Below are positions 10,419 to 18,327 of a DNA stretch of 24,000 nt, in pieces (position 1 is the stretch's first letter; each line of letters begins with the position of its first letter). The position numbers and the translations under genes are program-made. The notes beneath the pieces are model-generated. The model searched no databases. It was not told the DNA's origin and saw only the letters and a list, made by a program, of their open reading frames with translations. Source of the DNA: Bacillota bacterium (lineage in GTDB: Bacteria > Bacillota > Bacilli > Paenibacillales > Paenibacillaceae); assembly GCA_023386495.1 (NCBI GenBank), contig JAEWJS010000138.1, positions 7,688-31,687 of the forward strand, in the 5' to 3' direction.

Positions 10419-10436
10419 AGTGAGTGATCACTCACT
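10419..10436. promoter_or_regulatory. Operator O1, a perfect 18-bp palindrome (probable binding site of the TetR repressor encoded in the operon)
   Basis: AGTGAGTGATCACTCACT is a perfect inverted repeat. It lies between the predicted -10 and the RBS of the ABC ATPase gene. Confidence 0.7.
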
Positions 10437-10447
10437 CTTATAGTGAC

Positions 10448-10476
10448 ACCATACTCCCGCGCTTTGATATTGTCAA
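10448..10476 (-). promoter_or_regulatory. Sigma-A-type promoter of the ABC/TetR operon
   Basis: On the - strand it reads TTGACA (10476-10471), 17 nt, TATGGT (10453-10448). It is flanked on both sides by the operator palindromes. Confidence 0.55.
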
Positions 10477-10493
10477 GTGAGTAATCACTCATT
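10476..10493. promoter_or_regulatory. Operator O2, a second copy of the palindrome that abuts the -35 hexamer (one base shared at 10476)
   Basis: AGTGAGTAATCACTCATT matches O1 at 16 of 18 positions and lies 57 bp from it. Confidence 0.6.
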
Positions 10494-10528
10494 TTTTGAG
10501 TTGGTCCGGCGTCACCGAGGTCTAACGC

Positions 10529-10705
10529 TCCATCGCCAATCGTCGACCGCCGTCCGCCGTCCATCGCCATCGTCCACATTCTACTGTCCGCTGTCCATCG
10601 CTATCGCCAATCACCCAAGGTCCACCGTCTACTGCCTACCATCCATCGCCATCGCTCCTGTCCATCGTCCATCGTCCATCGTCGACCGCCGTCCACCCAT
10701 CGTCC
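10529..10705. repeat. Strand-asymmetric CCATCG/TCCATCG microrepeat tract
   Basis: At least 10 copies of CCATCG occur in about 175 bp (10530, 10561, 10567, 10595, 10643, 10649, 10662, 10669, 10676, 10697). This includes a perfect (TCCATCG)x3 at 10661-10681. A 17-bp direct repeat ATCGTCGACCGCCGTCC occurs at 10539-10555 and 10678-10694. Confidence 0.8.
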
Positions 10706-10942
10706 ATTAGCGAACGCCGAGCTCGGGGTCTGGGTCATTAGCGAAGCAATTGCGCTGTTAAGGGACGTGCATGCGCTATTGGGGGGCTATATCGCTCATC
10801 TTGACCCAATAGCGACCAAGATTCGCTAAATAGCGCACGACGGTTCGCAAATTAGCGAACTCAAGCCATTTCGGGCATCTAAGTGGAACGAAGCCCCTGT
10901 AATTAGCGCATCGGTGTACGTTAATAGCGAAAATGTTTCGCT
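10706..10942. repeat. Array of short TAGCGAA/TTCGCTA half-site repeats, several arranged as small hairpins
   Basis: (A/T)TAGCG(A/C)(A/C) occurs at 10708, 10739, 10810, 10831, 10853, 10904 and 10925. Inverted copies are TGCGCTA at 10772 and TTCGCTA at 10822 and 10936. Paired units include TTCGCTA-AA-TAGCGCA (10822-10837), TTCGC-AAATTA-GCGAA (10844-10859) and TAGCGAAA-ATG-TTTCGCT (10925-10942). Confidence 0.75.
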
Positions 10943-11476
10943 GCGCGCCTAGCCAAGCTGGGCATAACTAGCCGGTGGAAGTCCGGCCGAGGTAAGGGTC
11001 AAGCCGCCTCGTAGCTAGCAGGCAGGCATCGGCGAAATCCGGTGACCTGAAGCCCTGCGAAAACCTGCACCAAGTGCAGGGAAGCAAGTTCACAGGCCGT
11101 AACATCCGACGTGAATCCTGCCGCATCGTCAATTTGAACCCGAGAGGGACAAGAGAGAGCCGAGCCGGGAGCGAAGCGGCGAAGGCCAAGGAATGCGCGA
11201 AGAACTTGGACAGCAGCGCAGAGAAACTCTCCGGTGTATGGGGATCGGCATGTGAACACAGTTATGCACGGAACTAGGGAGGCCCTCCCCCGCACGGCGG
11301 CAAGGCGCCGTAGAGAGCAAACCTATAAGCCCTACAGGGTGAAGTGGCGAGCTGCGGGAAGGGAGTCGGAGGGGGCCGTAGTACCGATGAAGCAAGGACA
11401 ACATAACCTTGCGGAGGGAAGGGCGTCGAAAGACAATACCCCACTTCGTTCATGGGAACTGAGGAGGTAAGAGTGA

Positions 11477-12844
11477 GTGAATGCCCGAAAGGCTAACTAC
11501 GCCAAAGAAAAAGCTCGAGAACTTCAAAGAACCCTCTACCTTGCAGCTAAGGAAAAACCAAGTCGGCGGTTCCACGCGCTGTATGACAAGATCTGCAGAG
11601 AAGACATCATGACGTATGCATGGAAGAAGGTAAAGGCCAACAAGGGGAGCGCTGGAATCGATAGAGTGACCATCCAGTCCATTGTCATGGATTATGGAGA
11701 AGGACGGTTCATCAAGGAGACGTGCGGGCAACTGCGAAATGGCACCTACCGTCCATCACCCGTGAAGAGAGTGGATATCCCAAAAGGAGACGGAAGGACG
11801 AGACCGCTCGGCATACCGATCGTGCGGGATCGACTGGTCCAAATGGCTGCGAAAATCGTGCTCGAAGGCATCTTCGAAGCCGACTTCAAGGATTTCTCCT
11901 ATGGATTTCGTCCGAAACGAAGTGCACACGATGCGCTGCGCAAAATCATGGACACCACCAACTACGGGAAGGTCTACTGGGTCGTTGATGTGGACATCAA
12001 GGGGTACTTCGATAACATCCCGCATGAAAAGCTGATGAAGCTTATCGAACAGCGCGTCTGTGACCGCAAGGTGCTCAAGCTAATCCGAGGGTGGCTTACC
12101 GCAGGGGTCATGAAAGATGATCAGTTTCATGAATCCGTCATTGGGAGCCCTCAAGGTGGCGTGATATCGCCGCTACTGGCTAATATTTACCTCAACTATC
12201 TCGATACGATATGGGAACGGCAATTTGCCCATCTCGGAACACTGGTGCGCTATGCAGATGATCTTGTTGTACTGTGTCACCGGAGAGCAGAAGCCCATGA
12301 ATCGATTCGAGTTCTGAAGGCAGTATTTGCAAGGCTGGAACTGACGATGAATGTGGAGAAAAGCAAACTGGTGAACATATGGGACGACGATCAAGGCTTC
12401 GACTTTTTAGGACACCATCTCAGAAGGCTGCCGGTGCTGCGTAAAGGGGGAAAGCACAGCCGCATCCTTCGATGCTTTCCATCGCGGAAAGCGATGAAGA
12501 AAATGCGGACAACAGTGAAGGAAGTCACGGCTCCCCGGCACGTACTGCGCAAGCAACTCTCCGAGCTGGTCAAGGAGCTCAATCCAAAAATCAGGGGATG
12601 GCGAAACTACTACGCGAAGGTAGATAAAGGGGCAGCCAATGGCTTCTTGTCTAAAATCGACTGGTATATACGCGGCAGGTTGATGATCTTCTGCAGGAAG
12701 AAGTTCAAACGGTGGAAGATATCTTACCTAAGCGGAGTCCTAAAACAAGCAAAACTTAGATCGGTCACGACTTGGCGAGTACGTACTGCGCAAGGTGAAG
12801 AACGTCGGAAAGCCGTATGCGGGAAAACCGCACGTACGGTTTGA
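11477..12844 (+). CDS. ltrA: Group II intron reverse transcriptase/maturase (no endonuclease domain)
   Basis: GTG 11477 lies 9 nt after GAGGAGG. RT motifs present are RRFHALYDKI, GIDRVT, RPLGIPIVRDRLVQ, SYGFRP and the YADD catalytic box (12251-12262). The maturase X motif is LNPKIRGWRNYYAKV. No HNH or Cys-rich C-terminus is present. Confidence 0.92.
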   Translation: MNARKANYAKEKARELQRTLYLAAKEKPSRRFHALYDKICREDIMTYAWKKVKANKGSAGIDRVTIQSIVMDYGEGRFIKETCGQLRNGTYRPSPVKRVDIPKGDGRTRPLGIPIVRDRLVQMAAKIVLEGIFEADFKDFSYGFRPKRSAHDALRKIMDTTNYGKVYWVVDVDIKGYFDNIPHEKLMKLIEQRVCDRKVLKLIRGWLTAGVMKDDQFHESVIGSPQGGVISPLLANIYLNYLDTIWERQFAHLGTLVRYADDLVVLCHRRAEAHESIRVLKAVFARLELTMNVEKSKLVNIWDDDQGFDFLGHHLRRLPVLRKGGKHSRILRCFPSRKAMKKMRTTVKEVTAPRHVLRKQLSELVKELNPKIRGWRNYYAKVDKGAANGFLSKIDWYIRGRLMIFCRKKFKRWKISYLSGVLKQAKLRSVTTWRVRTAQGEERRKAVCGKTARTV

Positions 12845-12880
12845 TGAGGAGGGGCTGGCAGTCCCAGCCCTTTACTCTAC
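12809..12880 (+). ncRNA. Group II intron catalytic domains V and VI
   Basis: Domain V is AAGCCGTATGCGGGAAAACCGCACGTACGGTTT, with the AGC triad, the 2-nt AC bulge and an A-rich loop. Domain VI is the stem GGGCTGG/CCAGCCC with the branch-point A bulged at 12874. Confidence 0.8.
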
Positions 12881-13105
12881 ATTGCAATCAAGCCGTCTGC
12901 CTGCACACGTTCTCACCATGGTCCGACAGACTCACTAGCCGAATGACGCGGGAATGCGCCCCTCACAGCCCACGTAGCAATTACGGTTCATCCATTCTAA
13001 TGGGATCCTTTCGCCTCGGCCGCAACCGCCGGTCCGCAAGCATATCTAGCGAGAATTCAATTTTATTTCATGGAATTCATAGAAACTACTTTACGAATGG
13101 CCGAA

Positions 13106-13135
13106 TTGGTTCTATTGTAGAGTTATAGATACAAT
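13106..13135 (+). promoter_or_regulatory. Possible sigma-A promoter for the acyltransferase gene
   Basis: TTGGTT (13106-13111), 18 nt, TACAAT (13130-13135), about 55 nt upstream of the start codon. Support comes from hexamer matches only. Confidence 0.3.
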
Positions 13136-13188
13136 CTGTATCGTTTATTATCGAAAGTCGGGGAAGTCCATGATTAGGGGGAAGCACA

Positions 13189-13791
13189 ATGGGGGTATTG
13201 CGAAGGATGAATCAGGTCAAAGGCTATATCGCAAGCAAGCGCGATCTGCGGGAGTTCCTGGAGGCAGAGCGGGTCAAGTACGGGAGGCGGAATAGCCGGA
13301 TGCCGCTGATCTGCATCGGCGAGCGATCATTCCTCTGGAAGCATAACGTCCTCCTCCGCAGAACGGAATACTATGTGAATACGGGCAATAGACTGATGAG
13401 CCTGTACTATAAAGTGCGTCTGCACCGCTATCAGAACAAGCACCAGCTGCATATCCCGATCAACACGTTCGATCGCGGGCTGCATATTATGCACCTCGGC
13501 CCCATTCTCGTGAACAGCAAGGTGCGGGGCGGCAAGAACATTACGCTCCACATGAACACGAGCTTGGTGGCCGGCGGGACGAACGACGGAACGCCGAAGC
13601 TTGGGGACGGCGTTGTCGTTGGCGTCGGAGCGGTTCTGCTAGGCGAGATTAAGCTGGCCGATAACATCGCTGTAGGCGCCAATGCCGTCGTGAACAAGTC
13701 CTTCGAGGAAGAGAATATCTCGATTGCCGGCGTGCCCGCTAGGAAAATCGGTGAGAACGGACGGTTAAGCTGGAATCGCAAGAACGGATAG
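13189..13791 (+). CDS. Hexapeptide-repeat (left-handed beta-helix) acyltransferase, serine-O-acetyltransferase-like
   Basis: The C-terminal half has tandem hexapeptide repeats (GDGVVVGVGAVLLGEIKLADNIAVGANAVV). The N-terminal region resembles the polysaccharide-type serine acetyltransferase family. ATG 13189 lies 6 nt after AGGGGGA. Confidence 0.8.
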   Translation: MGVLRRMNQVKGYIASKRDLREFLEAERVKYGRRNSRMPLICIGERSFLWKHNVLLRRTEYYVNTGNRLMSLYYKVRLHRYQNKHQLHIPINTFDRGLHIMHLGPILVNSKVRGGKNITLHMNTSLVAGGTNDGTPKLGDGVVVGVGAVLLGEIKLADNIAVGANAVVNKSFEEENISIAGVPARKIGENGRLSWNRKNG

Positions 13792-13883
13792 GCAGGATAG
13801 GCAGGCAGGGAGGGTAATCGCGTATCATTTTCCAACCTCGTAGGGTACAATGGGAATGACGAATTCGAAATGGGGTTGGAAGC

Positions 13884-14357
13884 GTGAGTACGGAAGAGAT
13901 ACTGTTGACGCAGGAAGGCAAGGAACAGATTGAGCATGAGCTGCAGGAATTGAAGACGGTCAAGCGCAAGGAGCTGGCCGAGCGCCTGAAGGTTGCGATC
14001 AGCTACGGCGACTTGAAGGAGAACAGCGAGTACCATTCGGCTAAGGATGACCAAGCCTTCATGGAGACGCGGATTCTGCAGCTGGAGCGGATGCTCCGCC
14101 ATGCCAAGGTCGTGACTGCCGGCGATTCGAACGTGGTCAGCGTCGGAGCGCTGGTCATCTTGAACGATGTCGAGTTCGCGGAGAAAATCGAGTATCGGAT
14201 CGTAAGTCCAGCGGAAGCGAACGTGACGGACAATAAGATCTCCTACGAGAGCCCGCTCGGCAAGGAGCTGCTCGGCAAGAAGGTAGGCGACGTGATCAGC
14301 GTTAACGCGCCGATGGGCGTTCTGAAGTATGAGCTGCTGGAGATTAAAGCGAATTAG
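13884..14357 (+). CDS. greA: Transcription elongation factor GreA
   Basis: The 157-aa protein has a coiled-coil N-terminus ([47 protein letters not shown]) and a GreA C-terminal domain. It uses a GTG start and is followed by a strong terminator. Confidence 0.95.
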   Translation: MSTEEILLTQEGKEQIEHELQELKTVKRKELAERLKVAISYGDLKENSEYHSAKDDQAFMETRILQLERMLRHAKVVTAGDSNVVSVGALVILNDVEFAEKIEYRIVSPAEANVTDNKISYESPLGKELLGKKVGDVISVNAPMGVLKYELLEIKAN

Positions 14358-14382
14358 ATCGGGCGAACCGATCAGACAGCAG

Positions 14383-14411
14383 AACCATTCCGTTGCGGGA
14401 TGGTTTTTTTT
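14383..14411 (+). terminator. Rho-independent terminator of greA
   Basis: The stem pairs AACCATTCC (14383-14391) with GGGATGGTT (14397-14405) and includes one G-U pair. The loop is GTTGC and the stem runs into a T8 tract. Confidence 0.85.
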
Positions 14412-14493
14412 GTGCGTTGCGAACACCATGAAGGGGAAGCGTGAAATTTGTCGAATTAGACAGATGACAACTATGATAAGGAGAGCATATCCC

Positions 14494-16194
14494 ATGTTCA
14501 AGAGTATCGCGGCCCAACTAGGCCTTATTCTGGTATGCGTCATGTCGGCATCGATGGTCATCACTTCAATCGTGAATTATCAAGTCACTTACCAAGAGAC
14601 CTATGAGGCGGCCGGCATCGAAGTGGTAGGCTGCGCGAGCATTACGACCGGCTTGATCCAGCCGAGCGCCTTGGAAGCCATTCTGCAAGGGGACGAGGAA
14701 GAGAGAGAGAAGATGCGTGAGGCCCTGAACTGGACGGTCGACCATAAGCACATCTTCGAGAATCAATATATCATCGCGCCGGACGGGACGATAATCGTGG
14801 CGGACCAGAACCTGGAGGCGCAAGGATTCCAAGCAGGCGATAAGTTCTATATCGACCCGGAAATCGTGCGCAGCATACAGGAGACGAGGCATACGCAATA
14901 CTCGGAGATCTATGAATACGGCGGCATGAAGCGGCTCACCGGCTATGCACCGATCTTCAAGGATCACGATCCGAATCAACCGATTCTCGGGTTCAATGCG
15001 ATCGACTTCGACGCTAATATCGTCAAAGAACGGACGTGGAAGGCCGTGGTCAGCGCCTTCTTGCTTGGGCTGCCGCCGATTGCTGTCGCTTGCTTCGCCA
15101 CCATTATGATCATTCGCAGAAGGACGAAACCACTCTCGCGGCTGATCAACTACACGAAGCGGATCGCAGCATCTGATCTGACAGTTGACAGCATTAAGCT
15201 GAAGAACAAGGATGAGGTTGGAGATCTCGCGCAGGCGCTTGATGCGATGACCGTCAATCTGCGCTCGCTGATCGGGACGGTTCGTGCAAGCACGGAGCAG
15301 GTAGCCGAGGCCTCGCAAGGCCTGACCGGCAATGCAGGCCAAGCTAACGCAGCGGCTGAACAGATCGCATCCTCGATGCGGCATCTGGCGGAAAGCGTGG
15401 AGGAACAGGTTCAGCACGTAACGGAGACGACGCATACCGTGCGGGATATGTCGGCTGGCGTGCAGCAGATTGCGGAGAGCGCGCAGCAGGTCACGATAAC
15501 CGCTGTGGAGACCTCCGAGCGAGCAGTCGAGGGAGGCCAGACCGTAGAGACAGCCGTGCGGCAGATGAATGCGATCCGTACGATCGTGGATGGCTTAGCG
15601 CAGGACATCGGCGGGTTGGGCGAGCGTTCGACGGAGATCGGCCAGATCATCCAAGTCATGACTGGGATCGCGCAGCAGACGAATCTCTTGGCGCTGAATG
15701 CTTCGATAGAAGCCTCGAGGGTCGGGGAGCAGGGGCGCGGCTTCGCTGTTGTAGCGAGCGAAGTGCGGAAGCTGGCCGAGCAGTCGGCTGTCGCAGCGGA
15801 GAAGATTGCGGAGCTGATCGCTTCCGTACAGCATGAGACGAGTCTGGCCGTACACAAGATGGAGACCGCAACACGCGAGGTAGCCGCAGGCATTCATGTG
15901 GTCCATGCGGCAGGCAGAACGTTCGGTCAGATCCAAGATTCGATCCAGTCGGTCACGGACCAGATCCATGAGGTGTCATCCGCGGTTGAACAGATGGCGG
16001 CAGGGACGCAGCAGATGGTACATGCCATGCAATTCATATCGGGAGTGTCGGAGACGGCCGCTGCGAGTACGCAGGAGGTATCGGCGTCTGCCGATGAGCA
16101 GCAGGCTTCGATCGGACGCATCGCAGATTCGGCAGAGTCGCTGTCCGCGATGTCTGCGGAGCTTCAGCGGCATATCGGCCAATTCCGGATCTAA
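14494..16194 (+). CDS. Methyl-accepting chemotaxis protein (Cache-like sensor, HAMP, MCP signalling domain)
   Basis: ATG 14494 follows AAGGAGAG by about 9-10 nt. An N-terminal TM helix, a roughly 200-aa extracytoplasmic domain and a second TM helix are followed by HAMP ([21 protein letters not shown]). The signalling core is [38 protein letters not shown]. The track start 14329 overlaps the greA 3' end and terminator. Confidence 0.9.
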   Translation: MFKSIAAQLGLILVCVMSASMVITSIVNYQVTYQETYEAAGIEVVGCASITTGLIQPSALEAILQGDEEEREKMREALNWTVDHKHIFENQYIIAPDGTIIVADQNLEAQGFQAGDKFYIDPEIVRSIQETRHTQYSEIYEYGGMKRLTGYAPIFKDHDPNQPILGFNAIDFDANIVKERTWKAVVSAFLLGLPPIAVACFATIMIIRRRTKPLSRLINYTKRIAASDLTVDSIKLKNKDEVGDLAQALDAMTVNLRSLIGTVRASTEQVAEASQGLTGNAGQANAAAEQIASSMRHLAESVEEQVQHVTETTHTVRDMSAGVQQIAESAQQVTITAVETSERAVEGGQTVETAVRQMNAIRTIVDGLAQDIGGLGERSTEIGQIIQVMTGIAQQTNLLALNASIEASRVGEQGRGFAVVASEVRKLAEQSAVAAEKIAELIASVQHETSLAVHKMETATREVAAGIHVVHAAGRTFGQIQDSIQSVTDQIHEVSSAVEQMAAGTQQMVHAMQFISGVSETAAASTQEVSASADEQQASIGRIADSAESLSAMSAELQRHIGQFRI

Positions 16195-16224
16195 GCGATC
16201 CTATCTAGCAGCGCAAGGGCGGGA

Positions 16225-16255
16225 GAAACCTGACAAGTCTGTCAGGTTTCTTTTG
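16225..16255 (+). terminator. Terminator between the convergent MCP and methyltransferase genes
   Basis: A perfect 10-bp stem pairs GAAACCTGAC (16225-16234) with GTCAGGTTTC (16241-16250) and is followed by TTTTG. An A-tract on the other side could give weak bidirectional function. Confidence 0.75.
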
Positions 16256-16262
16256 ATTCCTA

Positions 16263-17213
16263 TCAACGGCATACGAGCACATGCCTGACGAAGGAGCCTT
16301 TCCTTACGGCTCCGCGGTCGACGACGGTCCAGCCGACCTCGGCCAGCAGCTCGTCGATCGGCTGGACCGTGACGACAGCCATGCGATCGGCCAGACGTCT
16401 GGCATGCAGCAGAATCGAGCGCTGCGCATCGTCGGATATGCGGGAGACATGGTTATACGGCAGGTCGACGATGGCCGTATCATAGCGGCCGCCGGCATCC
16501 TCGATGCTGCCGTATGTGACGGGTACGTCGTAGCCGTAATAAGCGAGATTCTCCCGTGCGCCCTGCACGACGATCGGATTCAAGTCGCGGCCGACGATGT
16601 CGATTCCCATCGATAGCGCTTCGACGAGGACGGTGCCGATCCCGCAGCAGGGATCGATCGCGCGTACGCCATGCGGCTGCGGCACCGCGATATTCGCCAG
16701 CGCTCTGGCTACGCGCGTGCTGAGCGCTATGGAATAGTGGCGGGGCTTATCCATATGCTTCAGCCAGACGGCTTCATTCTTGGCGTACGGGCCGAAATAC
16801 CAGCGGCCGCGGCAGGTCGTGACGCCATAGCGCAGATCCGGCTTCCGGATATCCGCAATGCCTTGCACGCGGTCTCCAAGCTCTCGCTCGATACGCCGCT
16901 GCTCGTCATAGGACAGCTGCGGGGCTTGATCATGCGCCGGCGAGGCCGCGAAGTGCACCTTGAAGGTGGCATTCGACAGGTGCAAGCCTTCGACCTGACG
17001 GGCAAGCGCTTCGAAGCTGCCGGCCTCGTAGAGGACCTCGACACGCTCCCGTACAAAGGGGCTGCGGCTCGGATCCAGCAGGGTGCGCGACAGGTGCAGC
17101 GCATGCTGGGCATCCTCGAACGAGGCTTGGAACAGCATGCGCATCTCAAGGCTGCACAGCGAGACCTCGTCTTCATGGCAGGCGATCGTATAGAGATAGA
17201 GGGGCTGTAGCAT
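16263..17213 (-). CDS. SAM-dependent methyltransferase, Trm11/UPF0020-like (putative RNA m2G or N6-A type)
   Basis: SAM motif I is IDPCCGIGTVLVEAL and motif IV is VDLPYN (a DPPY-like variant). ATG 17213 lies 8 nt after GGAGG. The longer track ORF (to 17354) lacks an RBS. Confidence 0.8.
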   Translation of the reverse strand: MLQPLYLYTIACHEDEVSLCSLEMRMLFQASFEDAQHALHLSRTLLDPSRSPFVRERVEVLYEAGSFEALARQVEGLHLSNATFKVHFAASPAHDQAPQLSYDEQRRIERELGDRVQGIADIRKPDLRYGVTTCRGRWYFGPYAKNEAVWLKHMDKPRHYSIALSTRVARALANIAVPQPHGVRAIDPCCGIGTVLVEALSMGIDIVGRDLNPIVVQGARENLAYYGYDVPVTYGSIEDAGGRYDTAIVDLPYNHVSRISDDAQRSILLHARRLADRMAVVTVQPIDELLAEVGWTVVDRGAVRKGSFVRHVLVCR

Positions 17214-17241
17214 GGAAGGTTCCTCCATATAATGGGTGAGA

Positions 17242-17269
17242 TTTACATCGAGAACCGCTATACTAGAAT
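17242..17269 (+). promoter_or_regulatory. Possible sigma-A promoter of the ComQ-like/peptide genes
   Basis: TTTACA (17242-17247), 16 nt, TAGAAT (17264-17269), about 40 nt upstream of ATG 17308. Support comes from hexamer matches only. Confidence 0.35.
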
Positions 17270-17307
17270 CAGAATCGACGAGATGATGATGATAGGGAGC
17301 GAGTCGG

Positions 17308-18258
17308 ATGGAATGGATCAATCGATATGAGGAAGAGATCGCAGCCATATTCACATTGGCCGAGGATGAGACGGCGAAGTACCCCGCGCCGCTGGACGAG
17401 CTTGGCCGTGCCTGGGTGCAGCGGCTGAATCCATTGCGCGGCGCGCGGTCGAACTATATCGGTTATCTGCTTCCCTACTGGATGCGCGATGCGGCAGAGA
17501 TCGACCTGGCCGCATGCAGGGAGCTGGCCGCTGCGAATATTCATGCGCTCATTCATTTCTTCCTGCTCGATGACGTGATTGATACGGGGCCCGTCATGGA
17601 CAAGGCGGCGATCCGCGACGCGCTCGTGCTGGGCCAGCTCTTCCAAGCCTCGTTCCAACGGCGCTATACACGCTATTATACCTCCGATTCGCCGATCTGG
17701 TCCCATTATCAGCGTTACTTGGCAGAATGGGCGCATGCCGTAGCCCGTGAGAATGTCGTGCAGGCGAACCCGAATGACGTGCGCCAGCTAGCCGGCAAGT
17801 CGGCACCGGTGAAGCTAAGCGCGGCCGCAGTGCTGCTGTTGGCCGATCAGGAGGCCATGCTCCCGGAGATCGAGGAGGCAGTCGAGCTTACGCTCGCCAC
17901 GCTGCAGTTATCCGATGATTGGGCGGATTGGGGCGATGATCTCGCGGAAGGCAATAACAGCGCGTTCCTGTCTCTTGTGCGCAGCTGTCTGCTTGTCGAA
18001 GCCGATCACCCGCTGGATGAGCAGCAGGTGAAGCGGGCGATTTATCATGCGGGGTGCTTGGAGCGCTTGGCGGATATTGTCGAAATCCATCTGGCCAAAA
18101 TGGACGAACTCGCGCATGTTCCGTCGATGTTGGGCGCCTTTCATCATGCGCTGGTACAAGGAATTCGAGCGGATGCGACCGCTGCTGGCGAGTCGACAAG
18201 GACGCTGGCGACAGGGGGAATATTTGACTATTTTTTGTCGAATATAACAAAAACTTGA
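17308..18258 (+). CDS. Polyprenyl-synthase-fold (class 1 isoprenoid enzyme) protein, ComQ-like candidate peptide prenyltransferase
   Basis: The 316-aa protein starts 8 nt after AGGGAG. The first Asp-rich motif is FFLLDDVID (aa 88-92, nt 17569-17583). The second is LQLSDDWADWGDD (aa 203-207, nt 17914-17928), about 115 aa later, as in trans-prenyl synthases (FARM/SARM). LAGKSAPVKLSAAAVLL resembles the KT(G/A)xL helix. Confidence 0.7.
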   Translation: MEWINRYEEEIAAIFTLAEDETAKYPAPLDELGRAWVQRLNPLRGARSNYIGYLLPYWMRDAAEIDLAACRELAAANIHALIHFFLLDDVIDTGPVMDKAAIRDALVLGQLFQASFQRRYTRYYTSDSPIWSHYQRYLAEWAHAVARENVVQANPNDVRQLAGKSAPVKLSAAAVLLLADQEAMLPEIEEAVELTLATLQLSDDWADWGDDLAEGNNSAFLSLVRSCLLVEADHPLDEQQVKRAIYHAGCLERLADIVEIHLAKMDELAHVPSMLGAFHHALVQGIRADATAAGESTRTLATGGIFDYFLSNITKT

Positions 18259-18277
18259 AGACGAACCGGGACAAGCG

Positions 18278-18286
18278 TGGTATGAT
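18278..18286 (+). promoter_or_regulatory. Possible extended -10 promoter directly upstream of the peptide gene
   Basis: TGGTATGAT (TGn + TATGAT) lies 42 nt upstream of ATG 18328. There is no good -35 element. Confidence 0.3.
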
Positions 18287-18327
18287 AGGTACGAGCTTCA
18301 ACCACATTATGGAAAGGTTGTGTCTGC

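Larger units (their letters stand above)
10943..12880 (+). mobile_element. Full-length bacterial group II intron (about 1.94 kb) with an En-minus RT/maturase
   Basis: The 3' end has canonical domain V and domain VI with a bulged A at 12874, 7 nt from the end (..TTTACTCTAC). The 5' end GCGCGCCTAG matches the Ll.LtrB start GTGCGCCCAG, recalled from memory, at 8 of 10 positions. A candidate EBS1 AGCGAA sits in a hairpin loop at 11170-11175 and is complementary to TTCGCT (10937-10942) immediately upstream. The joined exons restore a perfect hairpin. The 5' boundary is uncertain by a few nt. Confidence 0.8.

Noticed and set aside
10477-10710. A 77-codon ORF over the CCATCG tract
   Set aside because: Its translation is simply the repeat read in frame (PSI/AIA/RRP). 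It has no RBS and overlaps operator O2.
10706-10942. The TAGCGAA repeats as a CRISPR array
   Set aside because: The repeat units are only 7-9 bp and occur in both orientations with irregular 21-71 bp spacing. No cas genes are in the window.
11477-12844. The reverse transcriptase as a retron, DRT or Abi-type defence RT
   Set aside because: It is flanked by canonical group II intron domains V and VI and a roughly 530-nt structured 5' region. It carries the maturase X motif (RGWRNYY), and an EBS1/IBS1 pairing is visible. No msr/msd-like repeats or effector genes are adjacent.
12817-13128. A 103-codon ORF starting inside the intron and running into the downstream exon
   Set aside because: It begins within domain V and crosses the 3' splice site. 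It has no RBS and a low-complexity translation, so I consider it spurious.
13431-14564. A 377-codon ORF on the - strand spanning the acyltransferase, greA and the greA terminator
   Set aside because: It runs antisense to two well-supported genes and crosses an intergenic region and a terminator. It has no RBS and no motifs.
16263-17213. The divergent methyltransferase as a tailoring enzyme of the putative RiPP locus
   Set aside because: Its motifs (DPCCGIGT and DLPYN, with an N-terminal THUMP/Trm11-like region) fit nucleic-acid methyltransferases. It is on the opposite strand, and I see no sequence-based link. I kept it only as a neighbouring gene.
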